From Nemertoderma westbladi (taxonomy: Eukaryota; Animalia; Xenacoelomorpha), in contig JAUCBJ010004634.1 in assembly GCA_032718475.1 (NCBI GenBank), positions 62,001 through 126,000 of the forward strand: a stretch of DNA of 64,000 nt. The letters run 5' to 3'. The position numbers were made by a program, and so were the translations under genes. Below the pieces are notes generated by a model. That model had not been told where the DNA came from, made no database searches, and was given only the letters and a program-made list of their open reading frames with translations. The stretch's first letter is position 1, and each line of letters starts with the position of its first letter. Shown piece by piece: positions 58,865 through 64,000 of the stretch.

Positions 58865-60429
58865 CAGTATTCGTTACACCAATAGACGGATATATTTACA
58901 GGCCTTGTTTGATGGGAAAAAAGTCACGTTTTATACACAAAAAAACAGGTAGTCAATTAATTATGCTACCCACACAGCCGGAGCGCTGGTATAAAGTAAC
59001 GCTCAGATATCGCTTACTACTGGATTAGGGAGCTGGTGCATTTATACAACAAATGTACTTTTTGCTGCCAATGCTAACTGTATACAGAAATCTTATATTT
59101 TCATCGGGTTATTATACGGTTTCAGTGCATATAATATTTGTGCTTCGTATGTATTGAATAGCCCATAAAATTGTTTATATTGTTGCCTAACAACAGTTGT
59201 GGTATTACTGAACTCTCATTGGTAACTACCGAAGCCGGTATTCTTGCGTCTTATTGGCTGTTCTATTTTTACTGAACATTGTGTATTCATATATAACTGT
59301 TGTCAGCCTCGATAGGCTTAGGCTTAACTTGATATTTCAAGTACATTACATCGATTCTATAAGCCCTGCGAGCCACGTTAGTTACAGTGGTCTGCAATAT
59401 TTACCTAGTCACTAATCACTCGCAATTTGTAACTAATCGCTTGTACTAATCATTAATCATTTGCAATTTACAACTTATATTTGCATTTACTATTATTGCA
59501 TTACTTGTTGATGAATATATTGGACCAGAGATCAAACCAACTCGATTTCCACACTGTGAGTGTAAATGCGCCTTGTCAGTAATAAGATTCGGTTCATTTA
59601 ATGCGAATGTGTGAGTCCATAGTATTGTTATATTATTCCCAACTAGTAACTATTATTTACCAGCAATGCAAGTGATTCGAGTAAATCGTGCGCTTATCAC
59701 GCACTAGACCAACATAGTGTCCAACCTACAATATAAAGTATGTAAGTCATACGTACATTTACTAGCCAACAACACAATATAACGGAACGGTTTACACGTA
59801 ACTATCGCACCCCTTTGAAGCAGTTTGTAAGTGCTGAGGCATTATACTTACAGTAACTAATTCTAGATCTCGTTAAGATATATATATTAGATAATATATA
59901 TATATACCCCCACACTTTTGTGAGTGTTCCTGCTATGTGGCAGGTGTCCCGAGTCTTTGATAACACTCATAAGAACTACATAACGGCTCGCTGGGCATTT
60001 TCAGGTTAGCCTCCCATAAACGCCTCGACAGTACTTCTGTATACATGTTGAAGCAAAAATAAATAAAAAAGATAAACTATTAAAAATGACTGAAATTTTA
60101 ACCTCACAAACTTCAACTTGCAAAGGTTATACGGCAACACTATATCGTTATACTCCCATGTCATAAAATACGTTTTATATCACTATTATATTTTATCTTT
60201 TATAACTAAAAGTTATAAATTGATCCATTATTATTACTTTTACTTACTACTACTACCTTTTAGATTATATTTTAACTAAATTTAGTTATCCTCTGTTTTG
60301 GTTTTTTAGAAATTATCTGGTATTGTATAATTTACTTTATGTTATTATTTTATTATTATTTATACTATTATATTACGATTGTCGACCCAATATTGCCCAG
60401 TGTAAAAACACATTTACCGGCTCAAAAAA

Positions 60430-60655
60430 GTAAAGTTTTCTTCGGCCGACAGGCCAGGCATTAAGCACAAAGTCTGACAACTTATTTCCAGTGCGGTCCC
60501 CCCAGAACTATACCCCCCAGAGGAAACTCCAGTTCTTATTTAGCTACAATTTAAAGATGCAAGGTAGAGATGCGACCTGTCTTGTCCCTTGGAAGCATTA
60601 ATGACGAATCGAACTACCCTGGCCCCCATGCGGGTTCGAAACCAGGACCTCTATA
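60430..60655 (-). mobile_element. 5'-truncated tRNA-derived SINE
   Basis: Minus strand GAGGTCCTGGTTTCGAACCC (B-box-like, 60632-60651) and downstream GGACCGCACTGGAAATAAG tail motif. Confidence 0.45.
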
Positions 60656-61226
60656 TAGATGTGAATTCAATGTAACGGATAAAACCATAGATCCAAGCCA
60701 AGGTGGGACTTATAATTATATTTAATAATTAACAATGCTTCTCTGATTTATTATGTGATTGTATGTACTTTCCTAACGATTGAGGTTAATATCTGGTACC
60801 GCAAGATAATGGCAACTTTGCCAACAAGTCTAACATTGTTCTAGATGACATCCGAACCATAATAGACGAATGGGAGAAGCTAGGGTTGCAAATAATCTCC
60901 GCATAAAAAAACAAGCTATCCGTTCTTGCTCGTTGCGAGAGCTATCGATAACGCAAGATCCGAGGTGTGTAGTAACGGTTATTAAAATAAAATAACAGTG
61001 AGACAGGCAGACTCACAGGCAGGTGAAATTTTATTAATAATAATAATGGTATACAGCACTCACCCCAGCCAATCCGATTACAACACGAGTAGCCAATAGG
61101 AATCCCCAATGAATTCGAGCAGCTACTGGACACAACAACGTGGCAATTGATTTGCACGCCATACATATGAGAATGATGTACTTTCCACTGAACCTGAAAA
61201 TATGTAATAATAGAATACATAAATAA

Positions 61227-62102
61227 ACACGAAGTGGGGCCTTCGCGCAGCACGTGACTTAAATTTAATTTAAGTACTAATTCGAAAGTATTACTGTATT
61301 AGCAAATTTTAAGCAGATTTCGCCTAATCACTTTTTACCTCTTTCATTTCTATTCAGACATTTCTGACTCTAGCGGTATAGTGAGAACTGAAGATGGATT
61401 AGGGTCTCCAGCCCCACAAAGACACAGCCTATGGATGAATAGTACATACGTACATCGGCCAAGTTTCATCTTGAATAACGGATAACGAAATGAGAGACGG
61501 ATCTCACTTTCAGAAATTTCGTCGTATAGCGGCAGACCGATTAAATCTCCCCCCCCCCCCCCCCCCCCCCCCCCACAAAGACGCAGCATGTGGTCCAGAA
61601 TATATGGCAAGATTCAGCTTAAACTGATTAAAATCAATGAGACGGGAGAATCTATTCACTTTCAGGCATAAAGTAGTCCTATAGCGGGTGACTGTTGAAC
61701 TGATTTTCAACAAAACAAATTTTCAACTTGGCAGCTTTAAATTCGACAAAGTTATAAGCATGTCAATATCATAACGACGACAACGATTTCACTTTCAGAC
61801 ATTTGGCCCTCTAGCGGCAGACTGGAGAACTGCAGATGGATTCGCCTCCTTTGAAAGTCACAGCTAATGGTCTAATACATATCTGCCAAGTTTCAGCTTA
61901 AACGGATTAAAAGCAAAGAAATGGGAGGGCATTTAATGTTTAGACATGTGGCCCTCTAGCGGGAGACCATTGCACTGATGGTGTCTGAAAGTCTCTCAAA
62001 AATCTCAACTTTTGCTCATATTGATACCTACAAATTTTCAACTTGGCAGCTTTAAATCCGACAAAGTTATTAGCATGTCAAAATCGTAACGACGACGACG
62101 AC

Positions 62103-62134
<32 letters not shown>

Positions 62135-62234
62135 CAACGACGACGACGACGACGACAACTATTTGCATAAATTGACCCACCCCCTAACAGTGTCAATTCG
62201 CTAAGGCTCCGCCAACTTCGTGGCTCGCCCCACA
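61227..62234 (-). mobile_element. Second copy of the HINE/pearl-like element
   Basis: 61788-62234 is nearly the exact reverse complement of 28285-28714; 3' end GCTGCGCGAAGGCCCCACTTCGTGT at 61227-61251. Confidence 0.7.
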
Positions 62235-63099
62235 TGTCGAATCACATAGGCCTACTGCAATTAGAAATAGATATCCAATCAAATTATCTTGTTGAGTAAA
62301 TCAAACACGCATTTAGAACTTGTTGACTAATGTTTATTTTGACAGTTATTTGCTGTTTTCCAATTCCAACCATACTTTCGGTCTCAAATTTGTTATACAT
62401 TATATATAATTTGGTTCCTGATATTTTTAATTTGGTTACATATTTACTTATTTGCAGTAGGTTTGCTCTACTCTAATTGTTCGTGTACTTTAACCTACTG
62501 TAAAAACCTATACAAGAATAACTATTACATAGGCCCTATGTATTAATCTTCAAGAATAGGCCTACACGGTGCGCATTCTGATTCTGTTCCTTTTATTCAA
62601 ATTCCAGTTACTGGGTTGATACAGATGCAGTAAAAATTCAGTTCTCATTCCTTATAGCAACTGTTTCCTTTATTAACCCTATCTTAGGAAAAATTCTAGA
62701 AACAGTGAAATCCTGAAATCATATGCCTATTAGAATATTGTTTGTAGAATTGTTTGACCAGCACCAGCACTTCGGGCACATACAATAAATCACTATAAAT
62801 TCACCTTTCAGCTAACCAACCTCCAGGTAGTTGAGTCACAAGATAACCCCAGAAGAATGAACTCAGAATGTATCCCTTAATATCTTGCGACCATTCAAAC
62901 TCGCCATCAAACTATAAGAAAATAGTAAAAAATTTATATTATAATTAAAAACAATTCAAATCTGAAATTTGTAAATTTGATTTCCATTTATAGTCCGGCA
63001 GATATTGCATTTATACCGTAGAAGAATAGCAAATGTTATGGCTGATTTTGATAGGTAATATTAATTGTTGTCATTTGGCTTTTTTAATACTGTCACTTT

Positions 63100-63877
63100 G
63101 AAAACAGAGTAGAAGGATATACTGTGGAAGATCACCCATGATGGTGAACAGGCATTCCTTTAGGAAACAGAATGGAAGGGTTTACTGTGGAAGATCACCC
63201 ATGGTGATGAGCAGGCATTCCTTTAGAAAAAACAGTGGAAGGATTTACTGTGGAAGATCACCCATGGTGGTCAACAGGAATTACTTTAGGAAACAGAGTG
63301 GAAGGGTTTCTGTGGAAGATCACCCATGGTGGTGAACAGGCATTCCTTTGGGAAACAGGATGTAAGGGTTTAGTGTGGAAGATCACCCAAGGTGGTGAGC
63401 AGGCATTCCTTTTATAAACTGAGTGTAAAGGTTGACTGTGGAAGATCAACCATGGTGGTCAACAGGAATTACTTTAGGAAACAGAGTGGAAGGGTTTCTG
63501 TGGAAGATCACCCATGGTGGTGAACATACATTCCTTTAGGAAACAGCGAGGAAGGGTTTACTGTGGAAGATCACCCATGGTGGTGAACAGGCATTCCTTT
63601 AGGAAACCGAGTGGAAGGGTTTACTGTGAAAGATCACCCATGGTGGTGAACAGGCATTCCTTTAAGAAACCGAGTGGAAGGGATTATTGTGGAAGATCAG
63701 ATCACCCATGGTGGTGAACAAGCATTCCTTTAGGAAACAGAGTGGAAGGGCGTACTATGGAAGATCATCCATGTGGGGTGAACAGGCATTCCTTTAGGAA
63801 ACAGAATGGAAAGGGTATACTATGGAAGATCACCCATGGTGATGAACAGGCATTCATTTAAGAAACCGAGTGGAAAG
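63100..63877. repeat. Second, more diverged array of the 63-bp satellite (same orientation)
   Basis: ~12 units of the same consensus as 5581-12214. Confidence 0.95.
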
Positions 63878-64000
63878 TGTTTGCGCTTTTGAAGACCTTT
63901 GACAGTTTAACCTGCCAAAATTAGAATGTCTTTTAGATGATATATATTCTTTAGCTTTATGACGAGTATTTGATACACTACATTAGCCGAAGCCAGTCTA
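63878..64000 (-). mobile_element. Another BEL LTR of the copy-B type inserted in the satellite; runs off the window
   Basis: TGTTTGCGCTTTTGAAGACCTTTGACAGTTTAACCTGCC matches the start of 42377 and 57247 with a few differences. Confidence 0.92.

Noticed and set aside
62560-63060. Additional host exons before the second satellite array
   Set aside because: AG/GT candidates exist, but the frames contain stops and phases were not consistent.

Overview
Repeat-dense, AT-rich eukaryotic (metazoan, probably marine invertebrate) genomic DNA; nothing here looks prokaryotic. Two related BEL/Pao LTR retrotransposons on the minus strand dominate the window. Copy B (42377-58389, 16 kb) has near-identical 1143-bp LTRs, a CATCC target duplication and a gag-pol broken by two stops and a frameshift; it sits inside an older solo LTR of the same family (TSD CAGTA). 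Copy A (14799-26298) keeps one intact 1705-aa Gag-protease ORF from which RT, most of RNase H and the integrase were removed by two in-frame deletions, and its 5' end is capped by an inverted LTR. Both copies carry an extra, non-env-like ORF between pol and the 3' LTR whose copy-to-copy differences are enriched for synonymous changes; this is the best candidate for novel biology. Also present: six phase-1 exons of a + strand Ig/EGF-type host gene missed by the ORF track; tandem arrays with 52-, 63- and 48-bp units; and decayed Gypsy, Academ, hAT, Penelope, Kolobok-, Tc1- and HINE-type elements and tRNA-derived SINEs. Most ORFs in the supplied track are artefacts of tandem repeats or antisense frames. 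All identity statements are by-eye estimates, and family names come from motif recognition, not database searches.
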